Assembly: GCA_964462035.1 (NCBI GenBank)
Contig: CAYXAP010000029.1
Location: 14,472-78,471 of the forward strand
Reading direction: 5' to 3'
DNA length: 64,000 nt
Origin: an uncultured Sandaracinus sp.
Lineage (GTDB): Bacteria; Myxococcota_A; Polyangia; Polyangiales; Houyiibacteriaceae
In this document: positions 54,163 through 63,853 of the stretch, in pieces
Numbering within the stretch: the stretch's first letter is position 1
Layout: each line of letters begins with the position of its first letter
The notes under the pieces: model-generated
What the model was told of the DNA's origin: nothing
The model's database searches: none
Seen by the model: the letters and a program-made list of their open reading frames with translations, nothing else
Position numbers and translations under genes: made by a program

Positions 54163-55041
54163 ATGGAGCGCATCCGCGAGCACGTTCGCACCCACGCGAC
54201 CCGTGAGGGGCTCGTCGCCTCGCCCTGGCCGCACCTGGCCTACTACCGCGCGGACGCACCGATGGGACCCAAGCGATCCGAGACCTCCGGGCTCGTGCTC
54301 GCGGTGATCGCCGACCGCGCCAAGACCATCGGGCTGCCGACGGGTGGCACGCTCCGCTACACCCCTGGCTCGTACCTCTTCGTCACGCGAGAGACTCGCT
54401 ACACCGCTCACATTCCCCGAGCGACCAAGCAGCGTCCCTACCTCTCGATCACATTGCAGCTCGACCCCGACGTGGTGCTCGAGACCCTGCTCGCGATCGA
54501 CGAGTCGGACGACCCCGCTGGCGACGATCACGATGCCTTCGTCGACGCGCTGGACGACGAGCTCGCCGCCAACCTCGTCCGGATCCTGGAGGCCGTCGAG
54601 GACCCGGCGGCTCGCCGGGTCGTGGCGCCGCTCGCGCTTCGAGAGCTCGTCTTTCGTCTGCTCCGGACCGAGCGCGCGGGACCGATGCGGCGCGCCGCCC
54701 GCGTGGACGACCCTCGCATTCGGGAAGCCATGCGGCTGGTGCGAGCGCGGCCCGCCGAGCCCATCAGTGTCGAAGCCCTGGCCCGCCGAGTGGCGATGAG
54801 CCCCTCCCACTTCGCCCATCGCTTCCGGGAGATCGCCCGGATGACGCCCATGCGCTTCGTGAAGAATATTCGACTGGCCGAGGCTCGCCTCCTGATGGTG
54901 CGGGACGGCCGTGGGGCGGCGGAGGCCGCGCTCGCGGTCGGCTACGCGAGCCCTTCGCACTTCACCCGGGACTTCAAGGCTCACTACGGGGCGCCGCCGG
55001 CGGCGTACGCCCGCGAGATCCGGGCGAGGCTGGCCGGCTGA
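54163..55041 (+). CDS. AraC family transcriptional regulator (AraC_N-type N-domain)
   Basis: ORF 53953..55041. The ATG at 54163 gives MERIREHV. It has a C-terminal double HTH ([45 protein letters not shown]...[18 protein letters not shown]). It is divergent from the AKR gene. Confidence 0.85.
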   Translation: MERIREHVRTHATREGLVASPWPHLAYYRADAPMGPKRSETSGLVLAVIADRAKTIGLPTGGTLRYTPGSYLFVTRETRYTAHIPRATKQRPYLSITLQLDPDVVLETLLAIDESDDPAGDDHDAFVDALDDELAANLVRILEAVEDPAARRVVAPLALRELVFRLLRTERAGPMRRAARVDDPRIREAMRLVRARPAEPISVEALARRVAMSPSHFAHRFREIARMTPMRFVKNIRLAEARLLMVRDGRGAAEAALAVGYASPSHFTRDFKAHYGAPPAAYAREIRARLAG

Positions 55042-55128
55042 GTCCCTCAGCCCGGCGAACGAGATTGCTCCGCTCCGGCTTGATTCATCCGTCCACGTCG
55101 CGAATCCTATGAGGGTGGCGGGTCCATC

Positions 55129-56589
55129 ATGAGTGACAGCGAGGCACAGTTCCGGACGATCCTCGAGAACGCGCCCGTCATGATCGATGCGTTCGCGGCG
55201 GACGGCACGGTGCTGCTGTGGAACCGCGAATGCGAGCGGCGCCTCGGGTGGACGGCGGAAGAGCTGGGCCAGATGGACGACCCGCTGGCGGTCTTCTATC
55301 CGAGCGAAGATCAGCGAGCCGTGGTGTTCGCTTCGATCGAACGGGCGGACGGCAAGTTCCGAGAGTACGAGGTGATGGCCAAGGACGGCTCGGTCCGGAT
55401 CCAGCAGTGGGCGGACTTCTTGCTGCCCAACGGCTCGCGGATCTCGGTCGGTCACGACGTCACCGAGCAGCGGAAGGTGGAGGCGAACCTCCGCCAAGCG
55501 CAGAAGATGCAGGCGCTCGGAACGTTGAGCGGTGGCATCGCACACGACTTCAACAACCTCCTGACCATCATCTGTGCCTGCGCGAGCCTCGCGCAGCGCG
55601 AGGTGCCGGAGCACTCCGAGATCGGACGCTTCCTGGAGCAGATCCTCAAGGCGGGCGAGGACGGAGCCGACCTCGTGCGTCGGCTGATGAGCTTCAGCCG
55701 ACGTGACCGACTGCGCCGGCGCGCGGTGGTTTTCGACGACGTCATCTCGAAGTTCGTCCCGACCCTGCGCCGGCTGATCCCGGAGTCGCTCGAGCTCACG
55801 GTCGATCTGAACGCCGAGGGCGCGGTAGTGCTGGCCGATCGGGTGGCCATCGAGCAGGTGGTCATCAACCTGGTCACCAACGCCCGCGACGCGATCGATG
55901 GACAGGGGACGGTCAGCTTCCGCACGCGCAAGGCCAGTGGGTCGCGAGGACCGGAGGTCCACCTCGAGGTAGAAGACGACGGCGCGGGCATGACGCGTGA
56001 GACCCAGGAACGCGTCTTCGAGCCCTTCTTCACCACCAAGGAGCGCGGCAGCGGCACCGGACTCGGACTACCGACCGCCTACGGCTTGATCGGTCAGCAC
56101 GAGGGCACCATCGACGTGAGCTCCGCGCCCGGAGTCGGCACCACCGTTCGGATCCGTCTGCCGATCCACGACGCCGAGGCCGACATGCTCACGCCGTCGG
56201 CGCCGATGCGCGGGTTGGGCTCGGGGAACGGGGAGACGATCCTGGTCGTGGAAGACGATCGCACGGTCTCGACCATGACCTCGCGAGCGCTCCAGACCGC
56301 CGGCTACGTCGTCCTCACGGCCTCGGGCGGGGACGAGGCGCTGGCCATCCTCGACGAAGCCCCGGAGATCGCGCTGGTGCTCTCGGACGTGGTGATGCCT
56401 CGCATGGGCGGAGAGGAGCTGCGCCGACGGATGGCCGACGGGCCTCACGCCTCCGTGCCCATCGCGTTCATGAGCGGCTACAACGACGAGCTCGACCAGA
56501 GCGCTCGGCTGCTGCCGAAGCCCTGGACGCCGCAGCAGCTCATGGTCTTCGTGCGGCTCTGCCTGGACGAAGCCGCCGAGCAGAAGTAG
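55129..56589 (+). CDS. Hybrid sensor histidine kinase (PAS - HisKA - HATPase_c - receiver)
   Basis: PAS-like FRTILENAPVMIDAFAADGTVLLWNRECERRLGW. H-box GGIAHDFNNLLT. N/G boxes (NLVTNARDA, DDGAGM, GTGLGL). Receiver ILVVEDDRTV...VLSDVVMPRMGG...PKPW. Confidence 0.9.
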   Translation: MSDSEAQFRTILENAPVMIDAFAADGTVLLWNRECERRLGWTAEELGQMDDPLAVFYPSEDQRAVVFASIERADGKFREYEVMAKDGSVRIQQWADFLLPNGSRISVGHDVTEQRKVEANLRQAQKMQALGTLSGGIAHDFNNLLTIICACASLAQREVPEHSEIGRFLEQILKAGEDGADLVRRLMSFSRRDRLRRRAVVFDDVISKFVPTLRRLIPESLELTVDLNAEGAVVLADRVAIEQVVINLVTNARDAIDGQGTVSFRTRKASGSRGPEVHLEVEDDGAGMTRETQERVFEPFFTTKERGSGTGLGLPTAYGLIGQHEGTIDVSSAPGVGTTVRIRLPIHDAEADMLTPSAPMRGLGSGNGETILVVEDDRTVSTMTSRALQTAGYVVLTASGGDEALAILDEAPEIALVLSDVVMPRMGGEELRRRMADGPHASVPIAFMSGYNDELDQSARLLPKPWTPQQLMVFVRLCLDEAAEQK

Positions 56590-56653
56590 CGAGCGCTCGC
56601 GACGGGTGGGTCTCGACCCGACGGGCCAACACGGAGGACGTCGCGCGAAGCCC

Positions 56654-57685
56654 CTATCGGGCCCAGCGGGGGAGCGGTGGTGCCTCGCCGAGGAGGCCGG
56701 AGAGGTCGGCGCTGCTGAGCGTGTGCCAGTAGAGCCGTGACTCGCGTCCCGTTCGCCCATCTCGAAGGAACGCGGCGAAGGCCTTCGCGGTGTAGGTCGG
56801 GTCCAGGACGATCCCGTCGAGCTCGGCGCGAGCGATGGCGTCGTCCGCCGCCTCGGAGGCCTGACCGTAGCCGGCGCCGTAGAGGCTCCCGTCGATGGAG
56901 ACCATCTTGGTCGCGCCACGGGCCACGTCGGGGAACGAGTGATCGTGCTCGCGGAGCATCTCGACCGTACGCCGCAGCAGCGAGGTCACCGTCAGCCGGT
57001 TGCAGACGGCCAAGGGGGTGACGCGCACGGCCACGATGGGGATGTAGAGCCCGGCCGCGGCGAGGCCGACCGCGAGACCCGCGGCGGTGCCGGCGCTTCC
57101 GAGCGCGACGTGGATGGACGTGGGCTCCGGCACCAGGCCCGCGTCGATCTGTGCGGCGAGCTCGAGCCCGGCCTCGACGTATCCGACCGCGCCGAGCGGC
57201 GACGAGCCACCGTGGCCGATGCGGTAGGGACGGCGACCGCGGAAGCGGAGCGACGCGTGGAGGGCCGCGACCCGTGCTGGCACCATCGCCCAGTTCTTCA
57301 CCCGATGGACCCGAGCACCGACCGCGAGATCCGCCCGGAGGTTCTCCTCCACGTGGTGGGTGATGGGCTGTGGCACCAGGAGCAGCTCGACGTCGAAGCC
57401 CCACTTACGGCCGAAGATGGCGGTCGCGAGCGAGTGATGCGAGCCGTAGGCGCCGGTCGTGATCAGGACGTCACAGTCCTTGCGCTTGGCGTCGCCAATC
57501 AGTCGCTCGAGCTTACGGACCTTGTTGCCGCCATAGGCGTCGGCGGTCAGGTCGTCACGCTTCACCCACAGGTCGCCGCCCGTCTCGTGCGACGCTTGCT
57601 CGAGTCGCTCGACGGGGGTCTCTCGCACCAGGGGCACGTGCGGCAAGCTCGCCAGTCGGGGGAATCGGGAGCCGAGGAGTGTCAT
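56654..57685 (-). CDS. PLP-dependent ACC deaminase / D-cysteine desulfhydrase family protein
   Basis: LWVKRDDLTADAYGGNKVRKLERLIGDA and ITTGAYGSHHSLATA match the family signature, including the PLP-lysine (GGNKxRKLE). Confidence 0.8.
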   Translation of the reverse strand: MTLLGSRFPRLASLPHVPLVRETPVERLEQASHETGGDLWVKRDDLTADAYGGNKVRKLERLIGDAKRKDCDVLITTGAYGSHHSLATAIFGRKWGFDVELLLVPQPITHHVEENLRADLAVGARVHRVKNWAMVPARVAALHASLRFRGRRPYRIGHGGSSPLGAVGYVEAGLELAAQIDAGLVPEPTSIHVALGSAGTAAGLAVGLAAAGLYIPIVAVRVTPLAVCNRLTVTSLLRRTVEMLREHDHSFPDVARGATKMVSIDGSLYGAGYGQASEAADDAIARAELDGIVLDPTYTAKAFAAFLRDGRTGRESRLYWHTLSSADLSGLLGEAPPLPRWAR

Positions 57686-57740
57686 TCACCCGGAGCGTGG
57701 CCGAGGGACGGGTGGGCGTCCAGCGATCGGCGGCGGGCGC

Positions 57741-59060
57741 TCAGAGCGCATCCCCCTCGCGTCGCGACGGCCTCGGCCGCGCCACGTCGTGGGGAGTGCG
57801 CCCTGCCTCCTCGAAGGCCGCCAGGATCTCTTCGGCGCGTTCGAGCAGGTCGCCCTCGAAGCGGGCGACCAGCGTGGGGTCCAGCAGGTGGCCACGGACG
57901 CGCCAGAGCCAGGGCTCGTCCGGGTCACGGAGCACCAGAGCCTCCGAGCCGGGCAAGACCCAAGGCGACGCCAAGACCGCGTCGCGAAGCGCCGCCCGGA
58001 TCTGCTCGGCAGGGGCCTCTCGTTCGAAGCGCACCAGCACCTCGTGCTCCTGCTCACCGCTGGCGTCACTCGTGAGTGGCGCCCGAACCAGGTGGCGGTT
58101 GGGTACCTCGAGCTGGCGACCCATCACGTCGATCAGCAGCGTCGAGCGCACCCCGACCCGGCGCACCTGGCCGGAGAAGCCGTCGCCGACGAGCCACATG
58201 CCACCGCGGATCCGGCGCTCGAAGACCAACAGGAACCCGGCGACGAGATCGGGAAGGACGTCCCGCGCGGACCAGCCGATGGCGATGGCCACGCCACCAA
58301 AGGCGAGCAACATCACGAGCGTCGCCCGAGGCGGGAGCACGCGGATGAGCAGCGCCAGCGCGAACGCCACCGCAATCAGCCGCAAGGCGAGGTGCAGCAA
58401 CGCCAGGAGCGTCGGCAGGAGCCCGGTCGGCTCCAGCCGCTCTCGGACACGCCGGAGCGCGACGGCCGCGAGCGCCGCCAGCAGCACGACCATGAGCAGG
58501 AGCGCCAGCGCGCCGAGCGAGCGATCGGATCCGAAGAGCTCCGAGAGCTCCTCGATCTCGGTCGTGATCGGGTCCGGCTCGGAGTCGCCCGCCATCGGGA
58601 CGAAGCGGGTCTCGGTGTGGCGCTCCACCCGCGTGGCGACGGCGCCCTCGGAGGTCGGCTCTCGGGGCTCGGCGCGCGGTTCTCGACGCTCGGTCGCCGG
58701 CTCTCGGGGCTCGGCGTCGGATTCGGGGGTCGGCTCTCGGGGCTCCGCGTCGGATTCGGAGGTCGGCTCTCGGGGCTCCGCGTCGGGTTCGGAGGTCGGC
58801 TCTCGGGGCTCCGCGTCGGGGGCGGCGTCGGGGGCGGCGTCGGCCTCGGCGTCGGTAGCCCCACTGGCCTCGACTGCCGCGGGCCGCTCTGGTCGCGGGG
58901 GAGGCGGCTCCTCGGATGCCTCGACCGCCTCCGGCTCCGCACCACGCGACCCGGTCGCAGACTCGCTCTCCTCCGGTGCTGGGGCAGGCACACCCGCGTC
59001 CTGCGCAAACGCGGGCGAGGCGATCAGCACGAGCGCGACGAGGACGAGCAAGCGACTCAT
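57741..59060 (-). CDS. MscS-family mechanosensitive channel with a signal peptide and an acidic, tandem-repeat periplasmic N-domain
   Basis: ORF 57741..59486. The ATG at 59060 gives MSRLLVLVALVLIASPAFAQD. It has EPREPTSE(P/S)DA repeats, three TM helices and an MscS beta-domain (GDGFSGQVRRVGVRSTLLIDVMGRQLEVPNRHL). ATGA overlap with the upstream giant gene. Confidence 0.8.
   Translation of the reverse strand: MSRLLVLVALVLIASPAFAQDAGVPAPAPEESESATGSRGAEPEAVEASEEPPPPRPERPAAVEASGATDAEADAAPDAAPDAEPREPTSEPDAEPREPTSESDAEPREPTPESDAEPREPATERREPRAEPREPTSEGAVATRVERHTETRFVPMAGDSEPDPITTEIEELSELFGSDRSLGALALLLMVVLLAALAAVALRRVRERLEPTGLLPTLLALLHLALRLIAVAFALALLIRVLPPRATLVMLLAFGGVAIAIGWSARDVLPDLVAGFLLVFERRIRGGMWLVGDGFSGQVRRVGVRSTLLIDVMGRQLEVPNRHLVRAPLTSDASGEQEHEVLVRFEREAPAEQIRAALRDAVLASPWVLPGSEALVLRDPDEPWLWRVRGHLLDPTLVARFEGDLLERAEEILAAFEEAGRTPHDVARPRPSRREGDAL
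58657..58850 (-). repeat. Intragenic tandem repeat, 33-nt unit (about 4 good copies plus degenerate flanks), encoding EPREPTSExDA
   Basis: Units begin at 58699, 58732, 58765 and 58798 (ggctctcggggctc(c/g)gcgtcgg(a/g)ttcgg(a/g)ggtc). A shorter ggcggcgtcggg repeat (DAAP) follows. Confidence 0.8.
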
Positions 59061-62000
59061 ACCCACCCTCGCTTTCGAATGACCCGCGCGAGGGCACCTC
59101 GAAGGTGGAGCGCGATGCGGAAGATCTCTCCGTCGTGCGACTCGAGCAGGCCGAGGTGGCGTAGGCGCGCGAGCTGGGCGCGGGCGGTTCGGCGATCGCT
59201 CCGGAAGAGGTGCGCGAGGACGGCGTCGTTCATCCAGCCCTGGCGTGCGACCTGGAAGAGCAACAGGAGCTGCTCGTTCGGCAGCCGGCTGACGGCCGTG
59301 TAGCCGGAAGACGGCACATGACCGACGTGGACGATGTCGTCCCCCTCGATCCCTCGGATGGACGTCAGCCAGAGACGGAGAGCGTCCCGGACGAGACCGC
59401 CCGTCGCGCTGTGGAGCTCCTTGAAGTACTGCTCGTAGGGGCGGCGGATTCGGCTCGCGCTCCGCGCGAGCCAGCCCTCGAGCCACGACTCGCCCTCCAG
59501 TCGGTCGAAGGCGTGGCCGTAGCCGCTCAGCCGGTGCCGCTCCATCACCGCGGCGGTCAGCTCCTCGGTCGTGAGCGGCTCGAGCTGCACCACCTCCGGG
59601 AAGGCCTCGGCCAGCGGCGCCACGGCCGACGCATAGCGCCAGAAGACCTCCTCCGCCTGCACCAACCAGCTGCGCTGGTCGCCATCGGCGAGCACCCCAT
59701 CGACGAAGTGACGCAGCGGCGAGAAGCCGCCGGGCTCGGCAGCGAGCATCCAGTAGAGCCCGTCGATGACGATCAGCGAGCCGTGCTTCGCCTCCTCGAG
59801 GAGGCGGTCCACGTCCGCGACCGTCATGGGTCGCTCGAGGTTGAAGCGCTTGACGCTCTTCCAGCGGCCGCCTCGAACGATCGCGCTGATCACCGAGGCC
59901 TTACCGACACCGTCGAGGCCGACCACGGCCACGGCCCGCCGACGGCCGCTGTCGCGCGCGGTCTGCTTCGTCGGCGCGAGGTGTTCACGCGCGCGCCGGA
60001 TCTGCTCTTCGCGACCGGTGAGCACGTCGCTCGCTTCCATCGTGTCGGCGGCGAAGAGGCGCTCGTAGACCAGTGGCAGCTTCACCCGCGGGGCCGGCGG
60101 CTCGAACGCCTCCGGCGTCATCACCAGGTCCTCCCGCGGCGCCGGGAGCCCGAGCAGGCGACGCCATGCTTCGAGGCGTGTCTCGCCGATCAGCAGGACC
60201 GCCGCGCGCCGGAGCTGGCCACGAACCTCGCGGAGGAGCTCCGGCAGCCGGACCGCTCGCTGCGCGAGCCGGCGCCGGTTGGCGCTCCGGCGGAGCTCGT
60301 CGAGCTTGGCGCGGGTGATCTCACCGTCGACCAACTGTCCGCGGAGCTCCGAGAGCGTCCCGAGCGCAGCCCGGTGCAGCTCGGCCCCCAGCTCTTCGGG
60401 CCAGTCGCGCGCTCCATCGAGGAAGGCCTCGAGCGTCCCCTCGCTGCGTTCGAGCTGACCGACGACCATCTCCTCGATCAGCCGGAGCGTCTCGAGCGGC
60501 ACCGGTTCGTCACCGAGCACCTCGAGCTCCGCGGTGGCCAGCTCGGTGTTGAAGGCCACGAGCCGCTCCGCCTCGCGCATCGCGGCCGCGAGCGGCTGGA
60601 TCTGGTCGGCGGTCTCCCGCGCCGCGCGGAGCAGCCGCGGCGCCACCCGCGTGTCGATCGTGTCGAGAACCGTCTCCCGGAAGGGGACCTCGACCGGCGG
60701 CACGACCGACGGCAACTTCCATTCGCCGTGCTGCAGGCGCCCAGCGATGACCTTGTAGCGGACGGTGAGCGCGGTGGCGGCCTCGCCGAGCGCGTCGATC
60801 AGCGGCGCGATCTTCTCTTGGTCGAGCAGCTCTTCACGGAGCTCCCGCGCGATCCGGGCGCCCTCTCCGGCGGTCTTCTCGGCCACCTCGGTGATCTGCC
60901 GCACCATGGCGGCCAGCGTTCGGCCGTCGTGGCTCTCCGTCAGCTCGCTGCGGACGTGCTGCAGCGCCTCGAGGAAGCTCTCGACCACCCGGTCCGCCTG
61001 CTGCACCACGCGACGGCGAACTTCACCCTCGAGGCGCGTGCGGTGGCTGCCGAGCAAATCCTTCACCCGGGCCTCGAGCCCGATGAGCTCGAGCTCCATC
61101 GCCAGCAGGGCGTACTCGCCGCCGGCGCTGTCCCGCAGCTCGCCGAGATCCTTCGTGAGCGCCTCGAGAGCTTCGACACGCTCGCGGAACACGCGGCTCG
61201 AGCGACGTTCCCAGTCGGGCAGGTCGAGGGTGCCGTAGATCGGCGACTCGCTCTTCACCGCCCGCAGGCCCTGCGCGAGGATCAGTCCGGTCCGGCGAAC
61301 GCCATCGCGACCGATGCGGTTCACCTCGTCGAGCGCGAGCATCAGCCCTTCTTCGACGTCTGCACGCACCTCCTTGACCCGCGCGTCGAGCGCCAGGTCC
61401 ATGTCGCTGCAGTCGTCGGCCAGCGAGTCGTAGGCGTGGACGATGGCGTCGAAGAGCTGACGCGTGCGGCCCGCCAGGTGCCGCTCGGCGTCGACCACGA
61501 GCGCCGCGACGCCTTCGAGCCGCATCGGCGTACGGCCCGCGAGGTGGTAGCGAACGAGGTCGCGGAGCTGCACCTCGTGCTTGGCCATCGGCCGACCGAA
61601 GAGCTTGGCCGTCCGACGCCGCAAGCGGAGCCCGACGCGGCCGAGGGTCTTGATGAGCCCATCCCCCTCTCGCCGCTTGAAGGAGCTCGGGTGGTAGGGA
61701 ACGCGAATGGTCTCCGGCACGCCGGCGACCAGGTCGTCGAGCGCCTCGACGATCCGCTGGGGCGACCAGAGGGTGCGGCTGGAGAGCTGGGCAGCGCGGG
61801 CCAGTACGGTGGACCGCCAGCGCTCGGCGAGCTCGGCCTGCTGGTCATGGAGCGTGAGCGCCAGCGCCTGACGAGCGTCGACCTCGTCCGTGCCCTCGGG
61901 GAGCTCCGCCACGCCACGCGCCTCGACGAGGATCCGCCGATGATGGCGCAGGTACTCCCGACGGAGCTCACGGAGGTAAGTCTCCGCGTTCTTCCGGAAG

Positions 62001-63853
62001 TCCAGCATCGCCCCTTCGGAGACCTCGCGAACGAGCGCGCGGAGGTCCTCCTCCAGGCCATTGATGAGTCGATCGAGGGGAACCGAGCCGGTGTCCGGCG
62101 AGCCACCCCAGTCGACGGGGTCGATGTGCTCCGGCCAGGGCTCGAGCTCCGCTGGCGAGGGCCCAGCGTCGGCGACCTCTTCCGCTTCTTCCTCCGCCTT
62201 GCGACCGCCGATCTCGCCTGCGAGCCCCAGGGCGATCTTGAGCGCGACCGGCCCGAGCACCTCGTTCAGCGCGACCCCCGCGATGAGGAGCCCGGAGAGC
62301 GCGTGGACCTCTTCGGGGAAGCGGGCCGGGTCGGCCAGGAAGGCAGCGAAGGTGATGGCGACGCCGGCCTGGCTGAGGAAGCCCATCCAGCCGTACTTGC
62401 GAGTGGTCGGATCGGCCCGACCGACGATCGCGCCGAGCTTCACGCCGATCCAGATGGCGAAGATTCGGGCGCTCACCAGCGCGAGGGCGAAGACCCCGAG
62501 GTGCATGACCTCGTCGAGGTGGAGCCCGGCGCCGGCGATGGTGAAGAAGACGACGTAGACCGGCGTCGAGAGGCGCTCGACCGAATGGATCAGGGTGTCG
62601 CCGGTCTTCGAGAAGTTCGAGACCACGAACCCGGCGGTCAGGAAGATCAGCACCCCATCGAGGTGGAGCTCTGCAGCGACCAAGGTGGTGGCGTAGACGA
62701 TGCCGACGATGAAGAGCAGCAGCTCCTGGTTCACCCAGCGCAGGTACGCCGCGACCAGGCCACCGACGGTCACGCCCGCTGCCATGGAGCCGAGAATCTC
62801 GATCGCGAGCTTGGCCGCGATGGACTCGTCGCCACCGGAACCCAACGACTGGGCGGCGAGAGCGGAGAAGACGCCGAAGAGTACGACGACGACGACGTCC
62901 TTGATGACGACGGCGCTGAGCACCGTCCGGCTCATGTTGCCCTTGGCGCCGGTCTCGTTGATGACGGCGATGGTGGCCGCCGGCGACGTCGCGAAGGAGA
63001 TCGCCGCGACGGTCAGACCGATCCACCACACCGCAGGTCCCAAGGCGCCGAGACCCGGCAGGGCGATGGCGGGGAACGCGCCGCTGACCGCGTAGAAGAA
63101 GAGCGTGATGACGATCAGCACCGTCACCAGCTGGACGCCCAGCACGCCGAGGATCGCCCCGAGCCCCTTTCGGAGCCCATCGAGCTTGAGCTCGCCGCCG
63201 GCCGTCAGCGCGATGAGCGCGACGGCCAAGGTATTGAGCGGACTCAAGAGCTCGATGACGTCGTGATTGAGCACGCCCTCGTCGAAGGGCGGCCAGAGCT
63301 CGAATGGGATGAACCCGGCGATCGACGGGCCGAAGAGCATGCCGGCGATGAGGTAGCCGGTGATGTGTGGGAGCTTGATGACGTCGACGAGCGCGCCGAT
63401 CGTGAAGCTCGCGAGGACGACGAAGCCGAGCGCGAGCATCGCGGTCGGGTCGAAGGTCCGCTCGTCGCTCTCGACCGCGAGGAAGTGCAGGCCGATCATG
63501 CCGGCCACGAGCGCCAGGACGATCACGAGCTGGCGGAACGTCGCGCCTTCGCCCCCGTGGCCGTGGCCACCGCCGCCGTGACCGTGATCGTCGTGGTCCG
63601 CGTCGTCGTGACCGCCGTCGTCGCCGTGACCGGCCTCGGGTAGCGGGGCGCCGCCCTCGGCCGCGGCGGCGGGAATCTCGGTGGTCTCGGGCTCGTCCGA
63701 ATCCGACTCCCGAGAACCCACCGCCGACTCCGGCTCCGAATCCGAATCCGGAGAACCGACCGCCGACTCTGGCTCCGGAGAACCGACCGCCGGCTCCGAC
63801 TCCGACGTCGACTCCGGCTCCGTGGTCTCTTCCTCGTTCTTCTCGTCGCTCAT
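59057..63853 (-). CDS. Giant fusion protein: acidic/His-rich N-tail, CPA2-type cation/proton antiporter membrane domain, long helical linker, P-loop NTPase and winged helix
   Basis: 1,598 aa. The antiporter region covers aa ~105-548 (LALGFVVLASFTIGALVDVIKLPHITGYLIAGMLFGP is the typical Kef/NhaP-type first helices). The C-terminal 295 aa carry Walker A VVGLDGVGKAS, Walker B SLIVIDGL, LEPLTTEELTAAVMERH and a wHTH-like tail (LLLLFQVARQGWMNDAVLAHLF...LARLRHLGLLES). The + strand ORF 59210..63643 is its antisense shadow. Confidence 0.8.
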   Translation of the reverse strand: MSDEKNEEETTEPESTSESEPAVGSPEPESAVGSPDSDSEPESAVGSRESDSDEPETTEIPAAAAEGGAPLPEAGHGDDGGHDDADHDDHGHGGGGHGHGGEGATFRQLVIVLALVAGMIGLHFLAVESDERTFDPTAMLALGFVVLASFTIGALVDVIKLPHITGYLIAGMLFGPSIAGFIPFELWPPFDEGVLNHDVIELLSPLNTLAVALIALTAGGELKLDGLRKGLGAILGVLGVQLVTVLIVITLFFYAVSGAFPAIALPGLGALGPAVWWIGLTVAAISFATSPAATIAVINETGAKGNMSRTVLSAVVIKDVVVVVLFGVFSALAAQSLGSGGDESIAAKLAIEILGSMAAGVTVGGLVAAYLRWVNQELLLFIVGIVYATTLVAAELHLDGVLIFLTAGFVVSNFSKTGDTLIHSVERLSTPVYVVFFTIAGAGLHLDEVMHLGVFALALVSARIFAIWIGVKLGAIVGRADPTTRKYGWMGFLSQAGVAITFAAFLADPARFPEEVHALSGLLIAGVALNEVLGPVALKIALGLAGEIGGRKAEEEAEEVADAGPSPAELEPWPEHIDPVDWGGSPDTGSVPLDRLINGLEEDLRALVREVSEGAMLDFRKNAETYLRELRREYLRHHRRILVEARGVAELPEGTDEVDARQALALTLHDQQAELAERWRSTVLARAAQLSSRTLWSPQRIVEALDDLVAGVPETIRVPYHPSSFKRREGDGLIKTLGRVGLRLRRRTAKLFGRPMAKHEVQLRDLVRYHLAGRTPMRLEGVAALVVDAERHLAGRTRQLFDAIVHAYDSLADDCSDMDLALDARVKEVRADVEEGLMLALDEVNRIGRDGVRRTGLILAQGLRAVKSESPIYGTLDLPDWERRSSRVFRERVEALEALTKDLGELRDSAGGEYALLAMELELIGLEARVKDLLGSHRTRLEGEVRRRVVQQADRVVESFLEALQHVRSELTESHDGRTLAAMVRQITEVAEKTAGEGARIARELREELLDQEKIAPLIDALGEAATALTVRYKVIAGRLQHGEWKLPSVVPPVEVPFRETVLDTIDTRVAPRLLRAARETADQIQPLAAAMREAERLVAFNTELATAELEVLGDEPVPLETLRLIEEMVVGQLERSEGTLEAFLDGARDWPEELGAELHRAALGTLSELRGQLVDGEITRAKLDELRRSANRRRLAQRAVRLPELLREVRGQLRRAAVLLIGETRLEAWRRLLGLPAPREDLVMTPEAFEPPAPRVKLPLVYERLFAADTMEASDVLTGREEQIRRAREHLAPTKQTARDSGRRRAVAVVGLDGVGKASVISAIVRGGRWKSVKRFNLERPMTVADVDRLLEEAKHGSLIVIDGLYWMLAAEPGGFSPLRHFVDGVLADGDQRSWLVQAEEVFWRYASAVAPLAEAFPEVVQLEPLTTEELTAAVMERHRLSGYGHAFDRLEGESWLEGWLARSASRIRRPYEQYFKELHSATGGLVRDALRLWLTSIRGIEGDDIVHVGHVPSSGYTAVSRLPNEQLLLLFQVARQGWMNDAVLAHLFRSDRRTARAQLARLRHLGLLESHDGEIFRIALHLRGALARVIRKRGWV

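Noticed and set aside
53794-55962. 722-aa minus-strand ORF spanning the AraC and histidine-kinase genes
   Set aside because: It runs antisense across two well-supported + strand genes and an intergenic gap. The composition is typical of shadow ORFs.
59210-63643. 1,477-aa plus-strand ORF
   Set aside because: It is antisense to the antiporter/NTPase fusion gene. The sequence is low-complexity and rich in Arg, Glu, Asp, Gly, Leu and Pro, with no motifs. The minus-strand product has clear TM helices, Walker motifs and operon-style overlaps with its neighbours.
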